IMG/VR virus record: IMGVR_UViG_3300025138_000026
Location: 1 to 64,000 of that record
Reading direction: 5' to 3' (one strand)
DNA from: a virus
DNA length: 64,000 nucleotides
Below, piece by piece: positions 1-9,822 of this stretch. A program made the translations under genes and the position numbers. The notes under the pieces are model-generated. The model was not told the origin of the DNA and searched no databases. It saw only the letters and a program-made list of their open reading frames with translations. Numbering within the stretch: position 1 is the first letter of the stretch; the number at the start of each line of letters is the position of its first letter.

Positions 1-3000
1 GCCGTTCTTTAACCCTAAAAATATGTTATTGGTGTCGCTATCAGCGAAACTACTTATATTTCCAGAAACTCCTTGGTTTCCCTGTGATGCTACTGTGTAT
101 TTGCCGACTTGTAATAATCCCAAAGGACTAGTTGTTCCTATACCAACGTTGCCAGCGGAGGTAATACGCATTCTTTCTGCTGCGTTTACAGCAAAATTTA
201 ATGAGTCATTTGAATGGTCATAATCAATTTTTCCAATATTATCAGATTCGGTGTCTCCAAAGAATATTTGCGAGGCTCCATTGTTAGATGAAATTAAAAA
301 ATTAGTATCTCCAGAATCCCTATACAGTGTTAAGTCTTGAGCGGGACTAGTTGTTCCAATACCAACGTTGCCAGAAGAATTGATACGCATTCTTTCAGTG
401 CCACCAGTATCAAACCTCATGTAATTAGAAGAATTGTCGTATAAGATACGACCTCTCCAATCTGTTCCAGACGAAGAAAAATCAATAAATGATCCAGTAT
501 CTCCATTTAATTGAATATTACCATAATTGGAAGACCCAGAAGTATAAAGTCCCATTAGCACACCGTTGCCAGTTGGCGTGGTTGGTAAATTACCTGCGAC
601 ATGAAGAGAAGCTTGTGGACTCGTTGTTCCTATACCAACATTTCCCGCAGAGTCAATACGCAACCTTTCTACTACATTTGTACCTGCTCCAGTACCTCTT
701 GTTCCAAATGCTAGACTTGTATTGTAATTAGAGTTGTAGTTACCAATAGCGTGGATATATGCGCCAAGTTTATTAGTCCCTACGTTATTAGTATTAAAAC
801 CAATGCCCCATGTTTCACTTACTTCGGTAGCATCTCCATTTGTTAATAATAAGAAATTACTATCAAGTGTTGACGGGTCAGTGCTACTACTGTTATCAAA
901 TATTTCCAGTTTAGACGCTGGACCACTTGTTCCTATACCAATTTTGCCGTTAGGCACAACAACACTTCCTGATGTATTAAGTATAGTATTTGAACCTAAA
1001 CTATCTAAAGTTATAACAGCTCCTGCTGTCATAGACATTAGAGTTCTTGAGTTAGTTACTTCCTTAATGCTAAAAGTACTTGCATCTACTCTAAGCTCGT
1101 AAGGCAGATTACTACCTGTATCGGTTATTCTTAATGCAGCTGCAGATTTACTTATATATAAATCACCTGTTAAAGGTTTCCCTGACCCAGCTGTAAGTGG
1201 CAAGAAAGGACCGCCACTTCCTCCAACAGCATTATCAACGTAAGTTTTATTGGCAGCGTCTGTACCGTCTGTTACAGTATCTACCCCCTGTATCCTTCCT
1301 GTTCCACCTAATGTGATATCGCCGCCACTTACGGTTACATCACCTGCAAAGGTTGCGTTTAAATTAGTATCAAAATCTACATAAGAAGTTCCGTTTGATT
1401 TTTTTAAATTTAATGTATTACCACCATAAACAATACCGCCTGAATATACGGCTGTTGATGCTATAAGATTTGGAGCGCTTACATTACCTGCAAAAGTCGC
1501 ATTACCTGAACCATAGATGTTTCCATTAACTTCTAATTTATTACCACCTATAGCAGTAGAATCTGTATACCCTAAATAAACAACTCCATTGCTTTTAATT
1601 ATAGTGCCACCTGCAAAGGTTGCATTTTCTGATGAGTCTAAAGTTAAAGCAGTAGTATTACCTATTTTAAATAATATACTTGCAGATGCGCCACTATTTA
1701 AAGTTAAACTCTGACCACTTGAGAAGTAATCAGCGAAAACACCTTTTGCATTTATTTGTGTATCATCAAATCTTGCTCTTCCTACAACATGTAGTTTTGT
1801 AGCAGGACTAGTTGTTCCTATACCAACGTTGCCATTTTCCTGAACCCTAAAGAGTAAATTACCTCCAGAGGACCCAGTTCTGTTAGCTGCAATATCAAAT
1901 GTTCTGTCTGTCTGCGAGTCGTCGGAATCTATATTAAATATAAATCTTTGAGTTGAGTTGAATACAGCATTAACACCTCCAGAAACACTTAAAATACCGT
2001 TTGCCTCATATGTGGAATTGTTACTTGATAAATGTAATAGTGAGCTAGGACTAGTTGTTCCTATACCAACCTTACCGTCAGAAGCAATAAGCATTGCTGG
2101 GGCGTTATTGCCAGACAAGAATCTAATTTTACCTGATGCTGTGGTAGTCGCTATATCAAAAGTATTAGTTGTAGTAAAACCTAAATACCCTGCTCTAGAA
2201 GTGTTGTTACTTGCATAGTATTGTTGGTAAGCTTTAATATTATTTGCATCTGTAGTAGCAGTATCTGTGAATCTTAAGCACTCATCATCGGCTGTCGCTA
2301 CGTTTAATATAGCTGCTGGATTAGTTGTCCCTATGCCAACGTTACCAGAAGAATTAATGCGAACTTTTTCAGTATTAGTTCCATTTGTAATAGTTTGTAA
2401 TACTAAAGATCCGTCTTCTGTTGCGTTAGTATTATCATCTATGATTACTCCAATTCTCGCATAATCTTTAACTACGGAAGCTGAATTGATCCCTGCTATA
2501 TTAATTATTCCTGCAATACCACCCTCTGTACTCTGCGGTCTTAATACTCTTAATTGATCAGCGAAAGATACATTAGAAATTTCTAAGGCATTGCTAGGGC
2601 TTGTTGTTCCTATGCCGACATCGCCATTAGCTAATACCGATATGTTAGTAGATGCTGCTGTGTCCGCTCTTCCAAACGAGGCTATCGTCCCTTCTGCTAC
2701 CACATAAGCAGTAGTATCATTATCAGATACAGCTAGTTTGGCTCTATTGGTTCTAGATTTAATTTTGAGACCAACTTCTGCGCCGCCTTCTGAATTGAAG
2801 ATGGCAGTTTTTGTTTGTCCTGATGTGCTATTTCCAAGCTGTAATCCTACTGATGGCTCGGTTGCTCCTATACCAACGTTACCTGCATAGTCAATATTCA
2901 GAGCATCAATGGCATCGACTCTGAATGTATAACTATTATTTGTAGCAAACGTCCAAGGGTCATTATTTTGAGCGTTATCTGGTTGTAGGATGGATAATAC

Positions 3001-5691
3001 TCGGTCATCATTAGCGACTAGCTCAAATACTTTAGCTTCTGTCGTTGACGAACCTACTTTTACGGAGAGAGGAGCATCTGGACCCGTTGTTCCTATGCCT
3101 ACGTTACCGTCAGACCCTCTTGAGAAAATTGAAGCGCCACCATTATATCCAACACGGAAATCTATGTCTTGGTTTTCGTTGCCATTAAAATGAATTAAAT
3201 CTTGAGTTCCTTCAGAGAAATCTGCGAAGGTAAGTCCTCCAGCAGTAAACACAATACGATCACCAAAACCCTTCATGTGGGTATCAGGATCTCCTTGCCA
3301 TCCGTGTATACCGAAAGCTCCTTTGGCTAATACATCTTCAAACAATCCTGTAACGCCAGAAATATGTGGTCCCGTAGAAATGATTGAAGTTGTTGTTTCA
3401 TTCCCGCGATTAGTAACTGTCTGTAACGTATCTCCCTCTGGGGTTTCACCAGTAAGAACAGCGTTTCCATTTACATAAAGGGCGGTATTAGTATTCACAT
3501 AGACTCCATTAGCGAAGTCCATGACCATTGAGTTTGTCCCTGAAGATAAACTAGGGGTAGTGGTAGAATCGCTAAAAACAAATGCTCCATCATGGGTAGG
3601 CTGAACTTTAGAATAATTTCCTGCAGTTACAGCGTCATCTGCAGCTATATCCTGATATGCTCCTCCCAAGGTAACCGACCTTGATCCAGATATGATATTA
3701 TTATTACCGCCAGCTATTGAGCTTTGACCGCCACTAATTATATTAGAAACACCAGCCCCAATGAAATTGTAGCCCCCACCAACAGCTTGGAACCTAATTT
3801 CGTTAGATTCTCCTCCTCCTATTAAAGAAGACTTGTCTTTTATTATATTATTCTGACCTCCCCCAATTGTTGAGAAATTAGCTCCTACTGCATGGTTTGC
3901 AGTTCCTCCACCAATGAATGCTCGATCAGAATCTTCAATTTTATTAGAATCGCCTCCTCCAATAATTGCATAATCTGAACCAAATATATCGTTATTTAGT
4001 CCCCCGATACTTGAAGAATAACTTGAGCCAGTAATATCAATCCCTGTTCCTCCTCCAATGAAGTTATAGAAACCTCCTGAGATAGCATTATTAACCCCTG
4101 CGACAATAACATCAAAATTGCCACTAATGTGATTCCCTGAACCACCTAATATAGCAGATCCAGTTGCAGGAGAATTGTTAACGAGGCTACAGTCTATAGC
4201 ACTATAATCAGCAGAAGTCTGAGAAAATACATGCATTGTATCACTCTGAGCTGATTCAATCTTTGTTACTCCAGCACCCAATTTAAATTCGCCATTACTC
4301 TGATCTATCTCAATAGTATTGTCAGTATTACTGCCGAACTGAAGTTTGCCGTTGTTAGCATTTGAGGAGTCCTGTATCTTTACGTTTCCGTTTACATATA
4401 AAGAATAATTAGTATCAGGTGATGTTGTTCCAATTGCTGTATGGGTATTAAAGTAGTTACCAAAACTACTAGCAGTAAGCTTATTGACTGTAGTCTCACT
4501 TGAATCATTGACCTCGATTACTCCATTACAAGAAGAATCAGTCTTATATTCTTGAACTTTTTTTCCACCACACCAAACAGTAATAGCTTCATGATTAGTC
4601 GTATTTGTGACGACATTCAATGGCGCGGTTCCCACATCAACGCCGCTATTAATGGTTATATTGTGCGTTGTAAAAGAACCTGCACTAGTCGTATTTTCTA
4701 AATCACAACAACCTGTATCAACACTAATTGTAGGAGCGCAGGTATCTGTAGCATCAACGATTATCCCATCCCCAAAATTCAAACCTCTAAACTGAGCAGG
4801 GGTTTTCGTCCCATCGACATAGGCATTCCATTGAGCACCAGTACAGTTTATATCCTCAGATTTAATCTCTACAGTATCGCCCACTATAGAGATTTCAATG
4901 TTTTCTGCACCAGTTAGGGTTCTAAATTGGGCTGGATCAGTAGTTCCATCTACATATACTTTTCTACCTCCTCCGATATTTTGACCTGCAAACTCAGTAC
5001 CAGCCCCACCAGTGCTCCCACTTATCACGATGTAAGATGGTTCTTGAAAAACCTCAACTCCGCCTATGCCTCTTACCGCCCTAACTCTAACAGGATTAAA
5101 TTCTGCACCTTTTCCATCTTTAACTAAAACTTGCGCTCGATTTTCAATTCCAGTTGCACTTCCTTCTGCACCCAACTGCTTAAACTGTCTATCAGAGAGA
5201 AAAATATTGTTTCTTTGGGTATATTTTAAGAGTGATCCATTTTTTAACTGAAGAACAGGAAAATAACCTGTATAAGAAGCTTTTTCAACCTCATCTGCGA
5301 AAATAATTTGAGGAAACTCTGTTGATGGTTGATCACCGTCTGCATCAAAGCCTGTAAAAATAGCACTTTCTATTAGGAAATTAGAAGCACTTATCGATGC
5401 CTCTACATAGAATTTTTTGTCATGCTCTTTGCCCAACTCAAAAGACTGAGCCATTTGAGATATAGTGCATATACCAGTGTCCCCAATATCGTCAACTTGG
5501 GTTGCAGAAACCCTATTAAATATATAACCTTGGTTAAAATCAACTTTATAGCCCTCAAAATCTCCGTCATCACTATAACGGAATTCAATATTAGGATAAA
5601 ACGGATTAGTAGTTGGGACGACAAGTCCGTCTACAGACTCTTTTGAGGAAATGTCTGCATAAGCACTTCCTTCTTGGTTTTCTTCAGGCAT
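1..5691 (-). CDS. Giant tail fibre / receptor-binding protein (>=1897 aa, C-terminus runs off the left edge; absent from ORF track)
   Basis: ATG at 5691 overlaps the TAA of the upstream gene (TAATG). Hand translation of both ends (MPEENQEGSAYADISSK... and ...ERMRITSAGNVGIGTTSPLGLLQ...) is in the same frame. About 10 GNVGIGTTSP repeats, IGGGxxN beta-roll-like repeats at ~3650-4170, a DTLQTVTNRGN motif and NATFAG repeats. Confidence 0.9.
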   Translation of the reverse strand, partial: MPEENQEGSAYADISSKESVDGLVVPTTNPFYPNIEFRYSDDGDFEGYKVDFNQGYIFNRVSATQVDDIGDTGICTISQMAQSFELGKEHDKKFYVEASISASNFLIESAIFTGFDADGDQPSTEFPQIIFADEVEKASYTGYFPVLQLKNGSLLKYTQRNNIFLSDRQFKQLGAEGSATGIENRAQVLVKDGKGAEFNPVRVRAVRGIGGVEVFQEPSYIVISGSTGGAGTEFAGQNIGGGRKVYVDGTTDPAQFRTLTGAENIEISIVGDTVEIKSEDINCTGAQWNAYVDGTKTPAQFRGLNFGDGIIVDATDTCAPTISVDTGCCDLENTTSAGSFTTHNITINSGVDVGTAPLNVVTNTTNHEAITVWCGGKKVQEYKTDSSCNGVIEVNDSSETTVNKLTASSFGNYFNTHTAIGTTSPDTNYSLYVNGNVKIQDSSNANNGKLQFGSNTDNTIEIDQSNGEFKLGAGVTKIESAQSDTMHVFSQTSADYSAIDCSLVNNSPATGSAILGGSGNHISGNFDVIVAGVNNAISGGFYNFIGGGTGIDITGSSYSSSIGGLNNDIFGSDYAIIGGGDSNKIEDSDRAFIGGGTANHAVGANFSTIGGGQNNIIKDKSSLIGGGESNEIRFQAVGGGYNFIGAGVSNIISGGQSSIAGGNNNIISGSRSVTLGGAYQDIAADDAVTAGNYSKVQPTHDGAFVFSDSTTTPSLSSGTNSMVMDFANGVYVNTNTALYVNGNAVLTGETPEGDTLQTVTNRGNETTTSIISTGPHISGVTGLFEDVLAKGAFGIHGWQGDPDTHMKGFGDRIVFTAGGLTFADFSEGTQDLIHFNGNENQDIDFRVGYNGGASIFSRGSDGNVGIGTTGPDAPLSVKVGSSTTEAKVFELVANDDRVLSILQPDNAQNNDPWTFATNNSYTFRVDAIDALNIDYAGNVGIGATEPSVGLQLGNSTSGQTKTAIFNSEGGAEVGLKIKSRTNRAKLAVSDNDTTAYVVAEGTIASFGRADTAASTNISVLANGDVGIGTTSPSNALEISNVSFADQLRVLRPQSTEGGIAGIINIAGINSASVVKDYARIGVIIDDNTNATEDGSLVLQTITNGTNTEKVRINSSGNVGIGTTNPAAILNVATADDECLRFTDTATTDANNIKAYQQYYASNNTSRAGYLGFTTTNTFDIATTTASGKIRFLSGNNAPAMLIASDGKVGIGTTSPSSLLHLSSNNSTYEANGILSVSGGVNAVFNSTQRFIFNIDSDDSQTDRTFDIAANRTGSSGGNLLFRVQENGNVGIGTTSPATKLHVVGRARFDDTQINAKGVFADYFSSGQSLTLNSGASASILFKIGNTTALTLDSSENATFAGGTIIKSNGVVYLGYTDSTAIGGNKLEVNGNIYGSGNATFAGNVSAPNLIASTAVYSGGIVYGGNTLNLKKSNGTSYVDFDTNLNATFAGDVTVSGGDITLGGTGRIQGVDTVTDGTDAANKTYVDNAVGGSGGPFLPLTAGSGKPLTGDLYISKSAAALRITDTGSNLPYELRVDASTFSIKEVTNSRTLMSMTAGAVITLDSLGSNTILNTSGSVVVPNGKIGIGTSGPASKLEIFDNSSSTDPSTLDSNFLLLTNGDATEVSETWGIGFNTNNVGTNKLGAYIHAIGNYNSNYNTSLAFGTRGTGAGTNVVERLRIDSAGNVGIGTTSPQASLHVAGNLPTTPTGNGVLMGLYTSGSSNYGNIQLNGDTGSFIDFSSSGTDWRGRILYDNSSNYMRFDTGGTERMRINSSGNVGIGTTSPAQDLTLYRDSGDTNFLISSNNGASQIFFGDTESDNIGKIDYDHSNDSLNFAVNAAERMRITSAGNVGIGTTSPLGLLQVGKYTVASQGNQGVSGNISSFADSDTNNIFLGLKNG
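124..1834. repeat. Identical 31-bp direct repeats (124-154 and 1804-1834; 24-bp copy at 2047-2070) encoding GNVGIGTTSP
   Basis: aggactagttgttcctataccaacgttgcca read directly; more degenerate copies near 345, 620, 925, 2320, 2600, 2865 and 3085. Confidence 0.85.
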
Positions 5692-6032
5692 TAATTTTTC
5701 TCCTCATAAAATGATTCTTGAGGGGAATTAGCTATATCACTGTCTATTTGAGCGATTACACCATCTCCATCAAGGTAAAATAAATGATCAAACAAATTAA
5801 AATGATTATAATTTAAAGGTTTAATCTCTTTCTCTGTATTTTCATTGTCAAAAGAATAAAAATATTTTATTCCTCCTCGTTTCAGAGAACCATCTGGCCA
5901 CAAATATTGCTTTTCTGCGAAATAACAGTCCTTTAAGTTGTTATTTGTCCAGACTTCAATATACGCGAAATCATTATCAAAGTCATGGCGCTTTGTTTCC
6001 AGTTTTACTACCTTTTTTACGATGGTCTTCAC
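5691..6032 (-). CDS. Hypothetical protein translationally coupled to the tail fibre
   Basis: 113 aa ORF with GTG start, GTGTA motif upstream (6055-6059), stop overlaps the tail-fibre ATG. Confidence 0.7.
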   Translation of the reverse strand: MKTIVKKVVKLETKRHDFDNDFAYIEVWTNNNLKDCYFAEKQYLWPDGSLKRGGIKYFYSFDNENTEKEIKPLNYNHFNLFDHLFYLDGDGVIAQIDSDIANSPQESFYEEKN

Positions 6033-6097
6033 TTTAATAATGATATAAAATAATTACACTCATTTCAATTATTTGTATTGATATACGGTCCATCTAT

Positions 6098-6131
6098 AAA
6101 AAAACCATGGATTCCTCAGAACCCATGGTTT
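6098..6131 (-). terminator. Rho-independent terminator
   Basis: Minus strand AAACCATGG-GTTC-TGAG-GAAT-CCATGG-TTTTTTT downstream of the 6170 ORF. Confidence 0.8.
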
Positions 6132-6169
6132 CTTTAAGAAACTCTACAAACTGTAGATTATCACTACCC

Positions 6170-7735
6170 TCATCCCTCGCTCCCCTTCGCTTTTTTCACT
6201 TGATCTTCTGTGGGAGCACCCTTTTCACCCTTCTTCCTCATTTTTTCTCCAGAGCCTCGCTTGATTCGCTCCCGTTTATTACGGATATTTTGCCACAGAC
6301 TACTATCAGACTTCTCTTTTTCTTTGAGAATCTCTTCGTGTCGCTTCATGAAAGCTTCGTGATTAGGCCCAGCCATATACACCGTCTTGCCTTCTTCTGA
6401 TTTATGAGTATGAACCCCCTTCAAACCCATTTTCTCAGCATCCTTCATGGCCTCCTCTTCACTATCAAAATAATGATCCATTGGATCTGGAGACCCATAT
6501 GAATACTTTTTATCTCCATAACCAGCCGTACTTTGCTTCTGCTTCTGCTTTTCCAATATCTCTTTCTGGAGCCAAGTGGGAAGTTTTTTCTGTTTATCTG
6601 TCAGGCCAGCTTCATTTTCCTCCATTAATGTCGCCCTATCTTTTTTGTACTGAACCGCGCAAACACTCATAGATTGATCCATATCCATGTCTTTAGTGTC
6701 AGTCATTTCTGCATCATTTTTCATGCAATGACTCATGTAAGACTTAAACATAGGTTTTTCACTATCCTCCATATTCATTCCGTATATCTTTTTCTTGTAT
6801 GCCGCTTTCGCGATATCTTGGTCGGCTTTTCTATAAGATTCTTTTACCTTTCCCCCCCTCATCATTTTAAGAAAGGTATTTACTCTAGCCATTGCCCATC
6901 CATGACGAGACATATTAGGACGATGAGATGAGCTAAAAGCTCCAGCACCCCTCCTGTAGACTCGCTTGAGCTGCCCCAATGTCACTTTTTTAGAAGATTT
7001 TTCATTATGCTTCTTGACCTTTTCCTTTAAAGAGTTGGTGGTTTTCTCACTAAATGTAATTTTACCGCCCTTTTTCGCAGCACTTCCTTTCTTGTTTTTC
7101 TTAGAACCCTTTCTTCTCTCACTTGGTTCCGCTGGAGTTTGAGCGCCACTCTTCGGGCCACTTCGCTTAGCTGATTCACTAAGCTCTGCTGCGTCCACTA
7201 ATGAAGGATTAATTGCCAGCAAGTCATCGTGATCAAAAAAGCTTTCTCCATCCCACTCATACTCTTCAGACCCCTTTGTCATTTGGGTAACACTTTTTTT
7301 GCTCCACATTTTACAAGACCAGTAGCGAGCCTTCCATTTCGGACCAGCGTTATCACAGTTGTGACGGCTTCTAAACGCCTTTCTCCTCTTGGGGTCATCT
7401 CTTTTAATCTCCATATTTGGATCTCCGAAATTCACCTTGACCACGTTTCCCTTCTCGTTTTTCACATAAACTGAGAATTTTTTTGGACCCTTCGGAGTTC
7501 TGAATGGCTTATTCAAAGTTTTATTTTCATTGGCAGCGTCATTAAAAAATAATTTTTTATCATCTCCTTGGCCTATTTCCACAGAAGCTGAAGATTCAGA
7601 GTCCTTGAAGATATTCATGCAAACAGCTACCCTTTGTTTATTGTCTTCAAATTCTCCTTTTTTAGTCAAATCGGATACGCAGCGACCCATGAAGTCGCCT
7701 CTTTTCTCATCATTTCTTGGGGTGGGAATCGGCAT
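6170..7735 (-). CDS. Modular Lys/Arg-rich head/internal-protein-like polyprotein (start revised to MPIPTP at 7735)
   Basis: String of small domains typical of marine phage proteins (LNKPFRTP..VKVNFGDPNM..RHNC..ARYWSC; VYRRGAGAF..SHRP..WAMARVN; EEAMKDAEKMGLKGVHTH; LWQNIRNKRERIKRGSGEKMRK). GTGTA motif 9 nt before the ATG at 7735. Confidence 0.65.
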   Translation of the reverse strand: MPIPTPRNDEKRGDFMGRCVSDLTKKGEFEDNKQRVAVCMNIFKDSESSASVEIGQGDDKKLFFNDAANENKTLNKPFRTPKGPKKFSVYVKNEKGNVVKVNFGDPNMEIKRDDPKRRKAFRSRHNCDNAGPKWKARYWSCKMWSKKSVTQMTKGSEEYEWDGESFFDHDDLLAINPSLVDAAELSESAKRSGPKSGAQTPAEPSERRKGSKKNKKGSAAKKGGKITFSEKTTNSLKEKVKKHNEKSSKKVTLGQLKRVYRRGAGAFSSSHRPNMSRHGWAMARVNTFLKMMRGGKVKESYRKADQDIAKAAYKKKIYGMNMEDSEKPMFKSYMSHCMKNDAEMTDTKDMDMDQSMSVCAVQYKKDRATLMEENEAGLTDKQKKLPTWLQKEILEKQKQKQSTAGYGDKKYSYGSPDPMDHYFDSEEEAMKDAEKMGLKGVHTHKSEEGKTVYMAGPNHEAFMKRHEEILKEKEKSDSSLWQNIRNKRERIKRGSGEKMRKKGEKGAPTEDQVKKAKGSEG

Positions 7736-7748
7736 ATTTATTATTACA

Positions 7749-8288
7749 CTACAATAATTGCATAGGGGAACGATATTCTTCATAAGGAAGAACCCAATGC
7801 TCACACGAAACAAACACCTCATTCAAGGCTACCATAGTCATTAAATCACTCCTGTTTTTCCGAGAATAACCTCGATGATAGCAATCTAAAGCTGATGAAA
7901 CCAACTCATCTAAATCGCAACACTCTTCAGTAAGATTAAAAAGATCCGAATTCTTGACACATAAGAAGAATAGACCAAAATCAAAAGCAATAAATTCTGG
8001 AGACCCACTAGAGTTGCACCAGCCTGATTTGCCCTGAACATTTTTTAATTCTAAAAGAATTAATCCGTGTCTATGAGAATCTTTTATCCCCTTCACATCA
8101 AAAGTTCTCCCATCAACAACAAAATCCACATGATTTATATCGTCTTTAGAAGATGTTTTTTTAATATCTAACCCTTTAAAAGAGCAAGAGTCATAAAACC
8201 TCCTTTCTCCAGAAGCCCCCAATTTCAAAGACTTAGCTATATGGTCACCACCAGACAACCCTTTGGCTTTATTAGATATATAACTCAT
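7749..8288 (-). CDS. PD-(D/E)XK-like endonuclease (start probably MSYISNK at 8288)
   Basis: G..GE helix followed by HVDFVVDGRTFDVKG (D...DxK motif). Confidence 0.6.
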   Translation of the reverse strand: MSYISNKAKGLSGGDHIAKSLKLGASGERRFYDSCSFKGLDIKKTSSKDDINHVDFVVDGRTFDVKGIKDSHRHGLILLELKNVQGKSGWCNSSGSPEFIAFDFGLFFLCVKNSDLFNLTEECCDLDELVSSALDCYHRGYSRKNRSDLMTMVALNEVFVSCEHWVLPYEEYRSPMQLL

Positions 8289-8580
8289 CAAAAAATCTAT
8301 TCCCATTGTAAGCCTTGTCATCAATCCAAAAATCATATGATGGCTTATTCATACGAAGTTCTGTGTATTTTACACCCCATTCTTCAAGTTGATTTTTCGT
8401 AAGCTCAGACCAATCTTTACCAGAGTTCCCTCCTCTAGCGGTCCAATAAACTATTATATTCCCTTTCTTATGTAATTCGTTGAAATAAGAAATCCGACTA
8501 TGCATCGGTCTAGCTAATTCATAACGCCCTCTACTATCGGTACAAATTGTGCCGTCTATGTCTACAATGAATTTTTTCAT
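8272..8580 (-). CDS. Capless HAD-superfamily phosphatase (capsule-biosynthesis phosphatase-like)
   Basis: DIDGT motif I, WTARG motif II, KP..D.WIDD motifs III/IV. Confidence 0.85.
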   Translation of the reverse strand: MKKFIVDIDGTICTDSRGRYELARPMHSRISYFNELHKKGNIIVYWTARGGNSGKDWSELTKNQLEEWGVKYTELRMNKPSYDFWIDDKAYNGNRFFDELYI

Positions 8581-9323
8581 GACACTATTACATTTTCTTC
8601 CGAGGGAAAATGAGTTTTTAATTTTTTGATTAACTGTTCTCTTTGCGTTTTCTCTCCATGTACTTCAATATGTACCCTTTTTATATTTTTACTAAAATCT
8701 CTATTATGTTCAAATAAATAATTAAATATGCCATACTCAGAACCCTCTACATCTACTTTTAAATAAGATATATTATTGATGTTATTTAAAACGTTTTTTA
8801 TATGAGTATTTTTAAACTCACCAATTTCTTCATGACTTTCGTCATTTAAATCTGACTCAATAAAACAAGACTCTCCTTGAGAAAGATTAGAAGAAAACTT
8901 TAAAGTAACATCCTCTGATGCTGTAACAGCTGTATTGTAAAATTTTATGTTTTGAATATTATTGATAAAACAATTTAAACGCAAGGTTTCTAAAGCGCGG
9001 ACACAAGGATCAAAAGAGTGAACCGTGCAATTTGGATATAAGGCCGCGCAAACAATTGATATTAACCCATAATTGCAACCCAAATCAATAATGTTGTTGC
9101 CATCTTCAATGTTCAAATCAAAAAAATTAAATTCATATTTACAAAGACCTGCCAGAGTACCAATGAATGTTTCATCCCCCTCTGGCAACATAACATGCAA
9201 TTGTTTTTTATACCCATCTTTGCGGGAAACTTCTAACTTACTAAGAAAAAAATGCTTATTAATTTCAAATTTAAAATTAGAATTTTGTTTCTTGAGTTTA
9301 GCCCAGTCAATTATCTCTGTCAT
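8577..9323 (-). CDS. FkbM-family SAM-dependent methyltransferase
   Basis: IIDLGCNYG, SFDP, LKVDVEGSE and IEVH motifs. Confidence 0.88.
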   Translation of the reverse strand: MTEIIDWAKLKKQNSNFKFEINKHFFLSKLEVSRKDGYKKQLHVMLPEGDETFIGTLAGLCKYEFNFFDLNIEDGNNIIDLGCNYGLISIVCAALYPNCTVHSFDPCVRALETLRLNCFINNIQNIKFYNTAVTASEDVTLKFSSNLSQGESCFIESDLNDESHEEIGEFKNTHIKNVLNNINNISYLKVDVEGSEYGIFNYLFEHNRDFSKNIKRVHIEVHGEKTQREQLIKKLKTHFPSEENVIVS

Positions 9324-9822
9324 TTGTCAAGTTTATTTTTTTTATTATATCTGTTGAGCTAATATTATCTACAAAGGGAATCACTTTTAAAATAGCCGAA
9401 CCCTTAGACTTCAGTTCTGACTTGTTTAAAGAGGTTTCATCATAATCACCTCCCTTACACCAAAAATCTGGCTGAAGTTCCCTTAGTTGTTTTGACACTG
9501 TTTTGGTATTAAAAATAAATACATAATCTACCGCCTCATGGCAAGCTACTGTATAAGCTCTCTGTTTAGCAGATAGAACAGGTCTACCTTCTCCCTTTAA
9601 GGATTTAACGCTAGAATCACTATTGATACCTACAACCAATTTTGAGTTTAAACTGCAGCAATTTTTCATCGCGCTCAAAAGGCTTGCGTGACCTGAATGA
9701 AATAAATCAAAACACCCATTTGTGAAAATAAAAAACTTTTTTATACCACACTTTTCTAACTCTCTTGCGAACTGCCTCTCCTTCTTGAGTTCTTCAAAGC
9801 TTAATATTTTTTTATGTCTCAT
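9307..9822 (-). CDS. rfaE2: D-glycero-beta-D-manno-heptose 1-phosphate adenylyltransferase (HldE/RfaE domain II); start revised to MRHKK
   Basis: FTNGCFDLFHSGH, VGINSDSSV..LKG..RP, KGGDY and SST; ATGA overlap with the upstream gene. Confidence 0.88.
   Translation of the reverse strand: MRHKKILSFEELKKERQFARELEKCGIKKFFIFTNGCFDLFHSGHASLLSAMKNCCSLNSKLVVGINSDSSVKSLKGEGRPVLSAKQRAYTVACHEAVDYVFIFNTKTVSKQLRELQPDFWCKGGDYDETSLNKSELKSKGSAILKVIPFVDNISSTDIIKKINLTNDRDN

Noticed and set aside
124-3110. Repeats as a CRISPR array or DGR template/variable repeats
   Set aside because: The repeats are in-frame protein motifs with 200-900 bp spacing and synonymous variation; no cas or reverse transcriptase gene and no adenine-specific mismatch pattern seen.
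23-5646. Many short + strand ORFs (GLVVPIPTLP-type) and 5403..5624 (-)
   Set aside because: Antisense or alternate-frame shadows of the repetitive tail-fibre gene.
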